Assembly: GCF_002571385.2 (NCBI RefSeq)
Contig: NW_019217797.1
Coordinates: forward strand, 448,032-512,031
Direction: 5' to 3'
DNA: 64,000 nucleotides
Source: Stylophora pistillata
Lineage: Eukaryota
Below are positions 33,407-47,700 of the stretch, piece after piece. A program made the position numbers and the translations under genes. Each line of letters starts with the position of its first letter. The first letter of the stretch is position 1. The notes beneath the pieces are model-generated. The model was given only the letters and a program-made list of their open reading frames with translations, did not search any database and was not told the origin of the DNA.

Positions 33407-36400
33407 AACGCCTATTTTGTCTATAACAAGCTACATCTGAAAAGAGAAAATAGTTACACATGAAATATAAGATCATTTACTATTAATTGTTACTGAGCTG
33501 TGGCATCTCAAAGATCTACCCCAAGCCACAAATATCTGATAATTCATTATCTACTTACCATTGATGCAGCTCATGGCGATACCAAGCAAATGCAATTAAG
33601 GTTTTGACTACAGAATCGGTGAAATTTCTGTGCCGCATACTGTGACCCAAAGCTGCTTTAATCAAACCAAGACCTATCAATGTGCGTAAACTGTGTTGAC
33701 ACTAATTGATTTCCGAGACAGTATCAATTGACAGAGTTTCCGGTGCTGTGACTGCAGAACCTAAAACATTTGATAAAGGAGAAGGATCAAGTTTCGCTTG
33801 AAAAAGATAAAACAACTTAATTTTCAAGCATTTATTTCCAAGCTTATAGAGCACAGAAAAAAATTTCCGTCTTTAGAGTGTGGATTCTTTTTCACTAGAG
33901 TTAAACGTAGTCATGCTGAGTCAATATGTTTGAGAACCAAGCGTTAATTATGTGTGAAGGATGATGTAAATAGTAAAATAATTATGTGCCAAGAAGCTCA
34001 CATAGATATTGACGATCTATTTGTATTTATTGGTTAACGGTGGTGCAGAATTGGAATGCAGACAGCTTTATCATAGTAAACTACTGCTGCACGCAATGTT
34101 ACGGTAAAAACCAGTATAATTGAATTACACCTCAGTTGGGTCAAAACTTGTATGAAACAGGCCCAAATTTTTGAGAGTTTAGTCAATCAGGATAATGCTG
34201 AATTAATTCAAGATAATATACATAGATAACATAGAAAGATTGCGACCTTTCCACGATGCATGACAAGAATTTACACTTCGGTTTTCGATTTAAACTCTCC
34301 TTTTGTCCTGGGAGACAAAATTAGACCACAATTCGGCTGAGTGATGAATTTCTGAAAGTGACGACACGTATGAAAACCGCTCCAGGAAACGGAAAACTAA
34401 CACAACCAAACCGTACCAACATTTATTTTTCGCACCCTGATTGTTGTTTTCTTTTCTTTTCATGGAGTTTCATCTATAAACAATTGGAAGGGATGTAGTG
34501 ATTTAGGAGGTCCTCTGTCCGTAGTTTTGAATATTGTCGACGTTCTTACAGGAGGTATCAGCGCTTATAAACGTCAACCCCCAATACCGCAAGGCCACTG
34601 ATGTGGCTTTTAGCAGAAACTAAGCTTCGACTGAGTCACTATTCCATGTTTTCTCATCAATTTTGATAGCGTTTTGTAATTAAAAACAGAGATATTAATG
34701 AAGTTAGAAAAACCTGTTCTTTACTGAATGGGCAATTACACTCCCTCTTGAAAACGTTTTTGCATGACCTGAAACAAATGTGTGTTGACGTTAATCAAAT
34801 TACTTTCCAGCATAAACCTTATGTTTTCCACTCAAATGAAAGATTCCTTAGACCAGTGGGATACAAATGAAGAATTTTGAGCCATATTGGTAATGTAACA
34901 AGAGGTCATTTAGGATAATGACTGAAAATCAAGTGTTCGGATCTTCGACGTTGTTTGAGAACAATCGTTAGAAACATAGGAATTGTGAATTGACGGCTTT
35001 TGGGTTAGGGTTTATTAATTTGTATTTCAATCCCCATGGTGTTTTGATTTGATTACAGGATTATCTCTTAATCGTATTATTGTACACTAAAATCCATCTT
35101 GTGTCGCTTTTTAACCGCAAGCTGCAACACAGCTGAACATGTAGAGATAGCAATTAACTGAGGGCTTTTGTCATTGAAGTTCATTCTTTGTTTGCATTTT
35201 GCTTTAAAATAACGACCTGGCCAAGCTTTCTGTTAATCAATTTCCACGGTTAATATCTTAATACAGCGGCAGGTGCACAGACAGATCCTCTCTGTCTGGC
35301 ACTTACAACTTAAAAACCTCATAAAGTGGTATCCTCGTGCAGCTCTTAAATGACTTTGCTATCAGAACATTGTCACCTTCTCCTTAGAAGTCTTCGTTTT
35401 GTCCCTTAATGACTGAAGAGGAAATAATTTTCTCTGACAAGAAAATAGACCCACCCAGTCGGCCACTACCATCAAGATGCATACTGGGTAAAAAACATTT
35501 TAAAACTGTTCTGCCTTAGTGAGCTATGGTTTATGGAGAGAAAATAGCTGAAAATACGTTAAACGTAAAGTATTGAATAAGCTGTCGACGGATTAAAGTG
35601 CAGATATCTTTGAATGCGAAAGGGATGTCTTGAGCGCGTTAATAATTTTCACCGATGTTGAGGTTGATTTTCTTTAAGGTTGTTCATATCTTACAGTCGC
35701 AACACGTTTTTATGATATTATAGGCGAATTAACTTTGCATGTTTCGTTATCAGAAAATTAGGCCGCTCCTGGCCGAATAGTTGAACCACACAGTGAGTCG
35801 ATGACAGTAATTAGGAAAAGCAGAAAACAGATAAAACAGCAGGGAATAGAGCAAACACCTGAGTTAAAAAACCTGTGCACTGTCAGTGTCACTGAGCCAC
35901 CGGGGGAAACTATTTTAGGGGGTGAAAACAAACTGTCAAAAAGGAATTTCTCGCATAAAAACATACACGCAACAGAATGAAAGCAAAAACTTGTTTCATT
36001 TTGTGATGAAAGAAGATAGCAAGTAGATCAAGTATCTCTATATTTGAGCGACGTGAATTAGAGAGCTGCTCTTTGATAAGAATGCAGCAAGGGAATTTTG
36101 TGATTTTCAGGGTTGCCCTTCATTCTCAAAATAGATCCCCTCAGGTATATACGATCCCAAAAAATAAAGGTTCGCAAAGAAAAAAAATTGTGCCATAACT
36201 TAACAGGAATAATTGTCTGCAATACCATATTTTCCCCTTGTTTGATGTTTACAACTTGAACGGGAAATTGCAGAAATTTCTTCCCAACAAAACTTTTGTC
36301 ATCATAAACCCGCTGAAATCCCTTTCCCGGCCTATCCTCGGTTTCCTTTCCTCTCCCCCCCCCCCCCCCTTCAAGGTTTTTTTCCCTGCTTGTCCCGCTT

Positions 36401-39400
36401 TCATTCGCCCATGCATATCTACAGAATGCCAGGAACAGACCAGAAATCTCTCATTTGAATATCAACCAGTTAATAAAGGTCAATAAACGACCGATTATTT
36501 TATCAAATTCTCACCCTCCATGTTTATTTATGACATCTTTCCTAAATTCCATCAGACTTAAAGAGGGGTGTTGCGGTGGGGAGAGGGGGGGGTCTCTTAT
36601 ACATATTGATGAGTGTAATTAATTGAGGCTAAGAGTCAGTTTTGCGTTGTTTAATTCCACATCATTAACATTTTTCAAACATTACATATCTCAGCAAGTT
36701 CTAGGTGTACTTTGATGGCTCTAATCTAGCTGCGAGAATCATATCCCAACAGGACACTCATGCATTTCCAAGTTATTTCCACCCCTCATGCGTTATTAGC
36801 CGCTGTTTATTACAATAAAATTGAAAGTTCTTCTTTCACTCTTAAGTCTTCAATAAATCTCAGATAAAATATACATATCTCGAGTTGCAATAAACAAAAA
36901 CATGTGCTTTGCGCTGGAATATATAAAACTTGCCGCGTGTTTATAAAAGATTATATCTAAAGATTAATCTATTTACAAAGGAATTTTAAATCTTTCATTG
37001 TTAATACTGGGTCCTAAACTTGTCTTTCGGTGAAGATTATAACCGACTTCCTTAGGGTTTGGCACATTAAAATGCAAAGAATGATTATCTCTTTTGATTT
37101 TCATAAAAAGTTTCTCATCAGCCCTTGCTAAAACATCTCGAACTGTCAGTTTAATCGAAGTATAATTTCTTTAAAACATCTGTCTAAAAAGTTTTGAATG
37201 GTGTTCGGGTCTAAGTCTGTTCTCTCGAGTCTGTTCTCGTTAAAAAAAAAAAATCAATCACCACTAATGATTGATTTTTTTTTTTGAAGAATCTAACTCG
37301 CGGCCGAGGGGTGTTTTGAGAGCCCAACAAGATTGCCATGAGGTCAAGCAGTTACCATTACCGAGTTCACTCAGGCAGCCTGGGGTTGATTCCCGGTATG
37401 GGAGGTGTGAGTGTAATTACAACCCTTTTTTCTTTTCAATGGCTCAAGCGCACAAATTAAAGAGCCAGGGACCAATACGTTTGGCCTTTAGATCATGAAA
37501 GAATTTATACAGAAACTGAGCGTATGCAAAGGCAACTGAGGGTAGACTGATAGTTTTTTTTCCGTATTTCCCTTTAAAAGTTTAAAAAGAGTATTTCTTC
37601 CAGCAATAAGCTCGTAAAATAGACTAGGGTGAGGTTGAGGAGTGTTTATTTCGATATGATAAGTTTATAGACTGATTTGGATGATGGAAAAGGTAGCTTG
37701 AAGAATTGACGATTGCTCGACAATGCTTGAGTGATCACATGATAAGACGACAGAATGCTACAACCATAGAACGTTTAAATAGTCGGCCTCACGTTTATCA
37801 GAGGAAAAACTTTGCCAGCAAATGCTATTTCAGTGGTGATCACTGAAAAACTATCGCGTCGTAAAACAAACAGTGAAAAAAAGAAAAAAAAAAAAAAGAG
37901 AAAATTATCGCATATAGATATCGAAGCGATAATTTTTCGAGAGCCATAAAGTCAATCAGTCTTTGAATTTTCAATTCACATTGGAGTGGATTCATGTCTT
38001 TCTTTGCAATTGTGTGAGCCACGAAGTCAAGAAATACACTTTCACAACCACCCAGCACAAAGCCACCTTGTTCTCCAGCCCCTGCGAGTTCTAACACAAA
38101 GATGATCTTTAATGTAGAAAAGCAGATCAAAAGGTACAACGGCATCAAGTATCAAGGTGCACCTTACATTCAGTGGTGATTTCAGTGGTTATACTGCCCA
38201 CACCTTGCTCTAAGAGACAAACTTTCCAATAACGCAAAGAATAATAAAATTGTTATCGGAACGTTCTCATATAGCAATTAAAGAATACAAAACAGCTATC
38301 AAAGCTGAGGGGAAAAACTTAAACAGGGGAAGTTAGTTACAAGAGTCATATTTAAGGTTATCTTCGCAAGAGGCTCGAGACAAACAGAGGTATCACAAAA
38401 GTCGATTTAAAAATGATTTTAGAAGTTAAAATAAGTCAAATCGTTCAGAACAACCCAGCCACAGAACCTGATATGAAATAAGAAACCTCCTTTTTTTTTC
38501 AATTACCTTGATCTTAGTCATTTTTCTATGACTACCTGTCGGTTGGTTGTTTGTGTTCGGTTTTTCCAAATGGGAATAAATAGAAACAGAACGATAGAGA
38601 CGTCCCCGATGCATTTTATGGAAGGAGTCAGTTTTCAAACATAGAAATTTTGGGTAAGTGGGTAACAAATTGATTGCAAAATAAACTCGGCTGATTAAAA
38701 AAAAAAGACAAACAAAACAAAATTAGAAAAAACGTGGTTATCGACTGTAGGCCGAGGTAGAACGCGGTTGGAGATGTACGAGATGTGCGCTATGCTTTTT
38801 TACGAGGCCTTACCCATTCATATGCCTTACAAACTCCTACGTGATACTCATAAAAATGTGGACACCATAATCTTTAAACATCTTCTCCGCAATAACAACA
38901 TTTACTATTCCCGCACCCCTCTTTTCCTATCTCATACGCCTAGTAAATATAAAAAAAAACCGAAGTAAAAACAAAAAAAGTGACGTGAGAGTCGATACCT
39001 GTCAGTTTGTTGGGTTCCACTCCTTCAAGGCATTATTAAATACCCACAATAGAAAAAAACCAATTGATCTTAACCCGAATAAACCCATTTAGATATACCA
39101 AAAAGACCAAGTTAACAAGTCGGCCCCATTCAATTAAATATCAAACGTAAAAATCCTCTTTCCCTCACAAATTTTGAGAACGCAGAAGAATTCTACAACG
39201 GAGAGTAGTTTTGGGGGGATTTTTCAAAGCGTGACCTGTTTGACATAAACTGCTGTAATTCAACTTCGACAAATCAAAGTCTCGAGCTGGATATTTGAGC
39301 TGACATGTTCAGCGTAACATATCCGCTTAGGGTGGAAGGTCTGAGCCAAATTTACGAATTAATTTACCTGAAAACGTAAACCGTATTAGCCTACTTTTAA

Positions 39401-40369
39401 GTTAAAGACATCCGTTAGGACTCTTTTATTGACCACATAAAGTGGTCAGTTAATTAACTGCACGAACTTTTTTTTTATAGTGCTGAGCTGTACGTGATAA
39501 TGTTGGTAAGTGTACTCTTTGTTGTCTTTCTCGACTGAGTTTGTTACGTTATCAAAAAAGAAAATTGAGCATCAAATTATCTTCTAGGGCGCCTGTCGAA
39601 TTCTGTCTTAATTAATACAAATTCTCTCTCACCTTAAGGTGTGTAATGAGATATGTGTGTAACCAGAAGTAATAATTTGGAGTCTGAACTATATATGTAA
39701 AATTAAATTGAAAGAAGAAATTGATTCTGAGCTGCGTTTGTGTTTAAAAAAACAAGAGTGCTACTTTTAAGGTTGACGTGTTTGTTTGACCCGCTATTTA
39801 GCAGGTACACAGGAAACATCAATCATAGTGATTGTGTTGTCGACAAGAAAATTATTGAAAATTCTACTCAGTGAAATCCAAAAGCAAAGCCCCAAGATAT
39901 TCCCCTTTTTCTTAGATCGTATGTCCTATATAAGTGTTGAAATGCTTGTTAAAGCCTAGAGACATTTCAGACTTATATTTAGAAACATCTATATTACATT
40001 TGTTTCAGGATGAATGACTAATATTCCCCGACTTGCTTCGTCCAGCTTTCATTTCAGACAACGCCCTTTCCTCCACTTTCGATCACCAAGGATATCTCAC
40101 CGTAGAATAAAAAACAGCTTCACAATTAGTTTCTCTTACATTCAGTAAAATTTTAGATATTGTCGGCTGAAGAAATGTATTTTGAATACATCGTGCACGG
40201 CAATGGACCGCCATTTTTTGATGAAAGATATATGAAAGTCCAGACTGAGGCTTTACTTGAAAAAAGTAACGCGCTCCTTCATCTTTTCAGGAAAATTTGT
40301 TTCATCAAAAATTATCATTATCAAAAAGTAACCTTTTTGGACCCAAGCTTCTTCCATAATGAAAATTCT

Positions 40370-40596
40370 TACGTATATGTGCACGATCCTTCGCAGTAAA
40401 GCACTATTTAAGCAATAGTGAAAATCAGACCTGAAAAAAACTCAGGCCTGAGGTCAGTGGTTCGAATCCCGTACAGGCCTGAATTTTTTTCAGGTCTGAT
40501 TTTCACTATTGCTTAAATAGTGCTTTACTGCGAAGGATCGTGCACATATACGTTTCATAACCGCAGTTCATATATATGTATTTCATATGTTTGCTG
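40370..40596 (+). mobile_element. Fold-back tRNA-derived SINE insertion with 12-bp TSD
   Basis: 80-bp inverted arms (40371-40450 / 40474-40553, one mismatch). The 23-nt loop contains the B-box GGTTCGAATCCC. Flanked by AATGAAAATTCT at 40358-40369 and 40597-40608. Confidence 0.85.
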
Positions 40597-43500
40597 AATG
40601 AAAATTCTGTATAACTCATTTTAAAGGAGGTTAACATATTTCTTGCTTAGCTGAAATACAGTGTACTCTTTCAGACTAGGCGGACAGCCATCAATTTATC
40701 CGCAGCAATTCTTCCTCCAACCCTGAGCTTTCAAAACTGAAGCTCTGAATATAATTGAACATCACTCTACAAACTGTGGGCGTTTCCTACAAGCAGTTTC
40801 TTTTTTCTTCATTGTAAATCAAAACATTCATGTACAGAAATGGATATCCCAGAAAATCCTTGTAACTTATGCTGTACACGATCGCGAACTGAAATTCTTT
40901 TTCGCACAGTTTATGTTTTTGTTCAGTTGGTCGTGTTTTAAGAGCCAAATAATTTCTTTCTGTTTTTGAAGTTTATTCAAATTGTACCTGAATGATGCGG
41001 TTTAAACCCAAAATTTGAGTTTGAACGCGTGGGTGACTCTAGATACGCGTGAATTGAACTCACGTGTTTGGCAGCGTGACGTGTATCTCACTTGTTTGCA
41101 CTAAGATTCAGCAAATGCCTAGTGAACTGATAAGGTAGTGATAATCGATTTGACAGGAGGGAGTTTCTGGCGTTTTTCTCACTAAAATAAACGTCGCATT
41201 TGGTTACCGATGAAGACAACAAGTTAATTCTTAAGAATCTCAAACATTTTTAAATATTTTCTTGAGAAACACGTTTCTCTCCTACGTATAATTCTAAGTC
41301 TTGTTATATAACAGTTGTTATATAACGTGAGAAGGTGTGTGAGTAGTACACGTGAATTAACGACCCACGCTTCAAGGATCTCAGAAACGAAGGGATTTCA
41401 CGCGAAATACCGTTCCATTAGAATGAAAATACCGAAACATTTTTTTCTTTTTCAAGGGATAAACTGAATCAATGAATCAACAACGTATATGGCAACTGAA
41501 GTAAGCGTTTCACGGAAATGTTCTTTCACCACCCTCTCTTGTATACTGAATCCGCCTGAGACGTGACCCACGACATCCTCTTTCTTTCCGTCTCTTTATT
41601 TCTGAACCTTGTGATACAGTTTGTTAATGGTGAACATCATTTCTGATAATATCATTCAGAGATCATTCATAAATATTGAAAAGCTGATCACACTGTATAA
41701 TGTATTACACAGTAGTGGTCACCATCACCAATATTGTACTTCAGTAAATATATGTCGCGGGCTATAAAATCATCGACAATGAAACACTTTAAAGCAATTT
41801 TTACTTTGTGGAACAAACCCACATTACATCTCTGGTAAACGTGAAAAATTTCTCTTTCATTTCCGGATAAAGTAGGCGAGGAAAAATTTTAAAAGAAGTG
41901 TTGTTAAGGATGTCATCGTATTTTTCTTAAAGTATAGCACAAAAGTGAACGCAAAGAAATAACGCGCTATTTAGACAAAATTGCTCCTTAATTAGGCAGA
42001 ACTCGGAGGCGTTTCTGATGTCGGCAAAGGTTGGAAGCAAATTCTTTTTGTAGTAATGTTAAAAAGATCGTTTTACGAGCGAGGTACTGCGTAAAAAAAA
42101 GAGGTGTGAAGGAACTGATATCACGTTAATAAATAAATCCTTTATTTCTATGGGCGGCCCTGTCTCTCCACGCACTTGGTTATTTTCTCGCCCTCGACAA
42201 TACATTAAGTTTACTTAGATCGAAAAGTTTTAGAAGCTAGACCATATCTTTGTTGTGATTTTGTGTGAGCCACTTGGAAACGCGAAACTGCATTCGCTAT
42301 ACTTTCTGACGCGCTGCTAAGAAGACTGAGTATGAGCCGTGAAGGTTTGTTTGAGGTAAGAAAGAAGTATTTCCCACCCAACAAAGACGTACATTGGAAT
42401 ATCATAACATTTAATCTCTTTTTCGTGCGAAACCATTTCTATTTAGGTCTTCAAATCTTTCAGTCTTCACAGTACAGGGGTGAAAGTAAAGACACCAGAA
42501 TTCAGGTTCAAAATGAGACCGTGCGTTCCTTTCCGTTGTCTCTCTTTCCATTGAGAAGCGATTCATATCGAGGAATGTTCATGATATTCAAAATACCAAA
42601 AAGAGGTAAAGAAAAAAACGGCCCATGTTGAGAAATTGTGTCTCTCAAAATAGGTTTTAATTATTTTACTTGATAAGATATTTTAGCTTTCTTCGCTTCT
42701 GAAACACCGTTTGCTGTCAGTACGCTTTCGATCCTAAATCATGCAAGTTATAAAATACATTGTATAACATAATACAGTCAGTTTCCATCATCTGTTCAGA
42801 ATATTTTACTTTTTTTCAATTGAAAGCTGACTTTGATCAGTTTTCTCTAACGGCTTTAGACAAAAGCAGCTGTTAAATGTAATTAAGTAAAATTTTCACT
42901 AGAAGGAGTACAACTCCTGACTTGTTAAATTCCTTTATAACGGGACCATTTTTTTCTATCAATGAAGATCTCAAAAAGTATCTTGTCGTTATTTGGGGCT
43001 AAATGAAAAACTGAAAAACGACATTCGTAAAAAAGTTGTAGTGTCAAAGGGAGCCGTTTTCTTCTCTTGGCCAATTTCTGGGGAAATTTCCGCAAATAGA
43101 CTTCTAACTGAAAAACCAAGCCAGGAGCTGAATCAAAAGAAATCTTTCCACAATCTTAACAGTGCAGAGATGTTAGAAGGTCACACCAAACTGACTAAAT
43201 AGAATGCCGCTTTTGCGTTTTCAATTCAGACAAAATTGTAGTTTATTCAAATTTTGTAACAATTAGCGGTTCAGTCTGATTTCAGCGTTCCTCCCATGAA
43301 TGGCATTGACAGAAAAAAAAAGGCAGAAAAAAAAAAGGCACAGAAAAAAAAAAAGGTAACATTCTTTATTTCCAATGAGAACTATTCTAAAATGTCGCTG
43401 CTATTGATTTTCTTAGACTTCAAAATGTAACTATCTCCAAGGGTATACTTAAACCCAAATCCATTTAACAATGAATTAGTCAACAGACGACAACGGTTTC

Positions 43501-44651
43501 CGGATTGTGTTATGTCAGGATGGACATTCCTCCGAGAATCTTGGAAATGTAATGAGAATCATAAATCTTCCGGATTAAAATTATTGGCTAGGAATTAGTA
43601 ATACTAACCTCAGTAAAGACTGCTTTTGACTCTAAAACAGACATCCAAATCCTTAACCTTCGGTGCAAATGTCATAAATGTGATCTTTTCAGTCCTCCTG
43701 GGTCTAGTTAAATTTTAAGTTGTTGTTGTTTTTTCTTAAAGCCAAGGGAAGCATTTTCAATGAAACTTTTCCATTATGACAAACCCTGTTTCAGTTTCAG
43801 TAACGAAAACTCATATTCACGTAAAAGATGTTTCAGAAAAGCTTATTTTTACCAACCTTTTCCACTGCTTGCCAAGCCTGGCTGAATAAGTAAAGTGTAA
43901 CCTTTTGCCTGATTTAATAACTAAAAAAACGGTGCAAGAGCTCTATTCCTTTTAATCTTTTTTTAGTTGATTAGAAACAAAAGCTCAAATGAACAGTTCG
44001 TAAGTCGATGAGATTTGGAAACACAAAGAAAACGTCGCTAATTTGATTATTCACAGCGAGAGATAAGATGTACATTTGAAAAGAAACCAGCCCAGGAATA
44101 AAACACACCTTGAGAATTCCCATCATAAATCTAAGAACATAATACGCACAACTGAAACGTTTTGAGTTATATATGAATGTTTTGGGATATTTTTCACCAT
44201 CAGGTGTTCCCTCCATGTGAGCATAACGTGCTGGCATTGATTCTTATAAATATGATAGGCCTTTCGTAGAGTCTAATACTTTGGTCTCTGTCCACAACTC
44301 AAAAAACTTTTTGGCCGGCATAGAAAGTTTGGAAAAAGAGTTTGCGATCTCAAATGAAGGCATTTGACCAGTGCGAATAAGAGCCGAATGTGTTTGTTTC
44401 ACCTGAAGAACACTTTTGGTTGAGAACTCAGGTATGCATTTCATTTATATTACATATATTATTGGGTGTTCTTGGGTAACCATTCAGGCATGCTCGGGTA
44501 GAATAAAAATCAATCGTATATTGAAAAACGAACGATGATTCTAGTTCAAAAAACTAAAAAAGAAAATTACGTTGAAATATTCGATTGAGTTTTATAGTAA
44601 CAGATCTGAAAAGCACCCGCCAAGCTCAACAGTTCGGTGTAAGACTGTATC

Positions 44652-44738
44652 AAGGATCTCAATTAAGTTAACCTTTAGCCGTAAAATGGCCAAAATTTTG
44701 ACTTTTAGCCGTAAAAGCCATCACCTATTGAGACCCTC
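44652..44738. mobile_element. Internally deleted copy of the 19226-19432 MITE family
   Basis: AAGGATCTCAAT ... ATTGAGACCCTC ends and shared AGCCGTAAAAT(G/A)GCCAAAATTTT block. Confidence 0.7.
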
Positions 44739-47700
44739 TATGTCCTGTATCGCTTTGAATTGGTGACGTATAATTTGCGACTTATTGATAAGAATTTACT
44801 TGGACAGTGTAATTTCATTTCGGGCTGTTTATGCGGCAGATATATTCTCTGCTTCCCACAAACCTTCCACTTCGCTATCAGAAGAAAAAATAATCATAAA
44901 AACTTCCAGTGAGAATGTAGAAATATAGAAGAAAAGGGGATAGAACAGAGGTTTCATATTGCTTTGGGAAATTCAATGGACATTTAAGATTCGCGAGACT
45001 CGCTTTAAGAATTTTAGAAGTCACTCGATATCACCAACTAGTGGCAACCCCTCGGTCAGCTTTCACCCTTTAAGATATGAGATTGGTTCCACGTTGGTGG
45101 GAAATTAAACATAAAAATTAAAACAGCAATTGAGAAAGGGCCATGATTTCCTCGGAAGACACAGTGATCTCGGCTAGAAATTCAAACACCTCGTGCAGGT
45201 CATTTTATTAGGCCGTTAAGGAAAAAGTAAATATTATCATTTGGATTTTCCAAGATGCTTTGTAACATTTCAAATTTTTCAGGATCAAAATAAAACGAAA
45301 TAGAAATGAGTTTATGAATCATAAGCCGAGAAACTATTCAATGTACAGAAAAGAAAACTTTCTGTTATATGATTTTTGTTTAAGGAAGTTTTTCTTTTCA
45401 GGCATTAAACTTTCGTGAGCTATTGCTCTATTTTTTTTTTTTTTTACACTACAAAAACTGATATGTAGCACAGATCGACTTTCCTGTTCTTTACGAGCAA
45501 TGTTAGTAAATACATCGTCGACAGCTAGTTATTATAAGCTTTTAGTTTAGATTTGAACTGTGTCGACAACATTATCAGTAAAAACGATCCCTGAAAATCC
45601 CTGAAATGAGAAATCAACTTAAACGGTGGCATTACATTTAACATTCTTGCTCCTCGAACTGAGGAAAAACCAAGAAAGGTAGAAATTGGAGGTACATTCT
45701 GTAAACCTTGCTATTTTACAAGGAAAGCGATCATTTAATGAAAACTCTGTTGACTTATCTCTGGCCGGCACGAAACTGTGCAGAACGAAGTCGGTTTTAC
45801 TGTAGCCCAACGTTAATTAAAATACACATTTCCGTCTTGCAGGAGTTCTTTAGCCGCTATTTGTAGTGAGTGCACGAGTTTCTTTGGAGAATAGCGAATA
45901 TAACTTGAATACACCGGTCCGAGGGAGCCTTGAGACAGTAATCTTTTTTAGTTACTTAGAACGCGTTTGAAATCTTTATTTACTATTTCTATGCAAAGCA
46001 GTTTTAAGCGACTACTGAACGAGAAAAAATTAAGAGAAAGAACTGGCCTATTCTTACTGAGAAGGAAAAGATGTAGCGAAATTAAATCTCTTACCATTCA
46101 TTGCTCACATACCTAGACCCACCATTTTGTTTCTCTTTGGCTTCAAAATAGATTTTAACCCAAAGAAATGCGCGAGGTGAATTATGTTTGAGTTACCACA
46201 AACGATTTAGTCTCGATAACAGAGTTTCTGAAAACAAAATTTTTCCTCTCTGTAATATAAACTCTGCTGCAAGCATTGTTCGTCATTCAGATTACCCAGT
46301 TAAGTTTCGTGTAATGAATCAAAACCCGCAGTGTCACTGTTAGGAAAAATAGCGGCTCGTTGCACCATACAATAGGTGGAATCCAAGATTCAGAAAACCA
46401 ACACAACTAATGAATGCTGGAGCTAGACTGTAATTTCATCGCGAGCAAGGCAACTGAACACAAAAATGGTGAAAACATATTTATTCAGTGAATTTAGATA
46501 CGAGAAATGTCGCCTTTTGTTTGTTTAACTTCATAACAGTGTTTCGAAAATGTCTTTTAGTGTGCGTGAAAACTGACGCTTTATATCACCGCCTCAAATG
46601 TTTTGCGAATGTTGTTCAACAATGTTCGTGTAGTCTTCTTGTCAGACGACGAGTTTCGATGGCACCGCCAAGCAACTGAACTGATATCACATCTGAAAAT
46701 TTATATTAACAAATGCAATTTAAAGTTGCCTGCAAATTCATTCTTTTTAAATTGTCTTGTGGTTAAGTAAAGCTTTTAATGTACCGTAAATTCAAACATG
46801 AGGATCGCATGAGCTTAATTAATTCAATAGAAAACTTATTCACTGTATACCCGCGTAATTCGATTAGCTATATAGCGGCGTTTATGTAGAAAAACAACCG
46901 CAGTTGAATAGAAGAACTGTGTGAATAGACTCAGTTTTCATCAGATAACGTGTAAAATGACAGTCATAAAAAAACCTATAGTTACTTCTTCTTTGAAGCC
47001 AAGCGTGGCTCGTTCGGCTGAGAACAAAAAGGTCTCCGGAGTGCTTTTGTTTGTTTTTTTGTCATAGCGGGTAGCCCATTGCTTTTTCTTTCTCAAAGTA
47101 TAAAACTCGGAGCTTTATAATTTCGTCGACTCGATCAATCAGTTCGGAAAAATACTTAATCCCTCCAGCATTCCGAATTTGAATTAAAAGATACCAAATT
47201 TTACACCTTCAGAGCGTTTAAATCCTCTATGGATACACTTCTACCGCTGGGAAGCACACTGAGACAAAAAACGGCTTTCAATTAAATGTTTATGTTTATT
47301 GTGGCCTTCGAACGTCTTTTTTTTTTTGGGCAGGTTTTGAATTATTTTAGATTTATCTTTATTTTCTGTTGAACGCAAAGGACACCTGAAGTTTGGTGGT
47401 TTTCTGTACGGCAGACTTTCTATGGTTGAGTGATCGGTATATCCACACCCCTTCAATTCTATTCCTCTACCAATCCAGATGTTCGTTTTCCCAGGGAAGA
47501 GAGCACGGCGCGGTTTGCTGTGGAAAGTATTGTTTGATAGCTAAATGAAATTTTACGTCAGTTTTCCGTTCTGCCGAACCTTTTGAAATTGTGCTCACTA
47601 TAAGTGCGAAGATTGACAAGATTTGGTAAACAGATTGCTTAAGAACACTACTCAAAGCAAAACTGAACTTGCCTTGGATATCACGCGCGCGAAGTTTATC

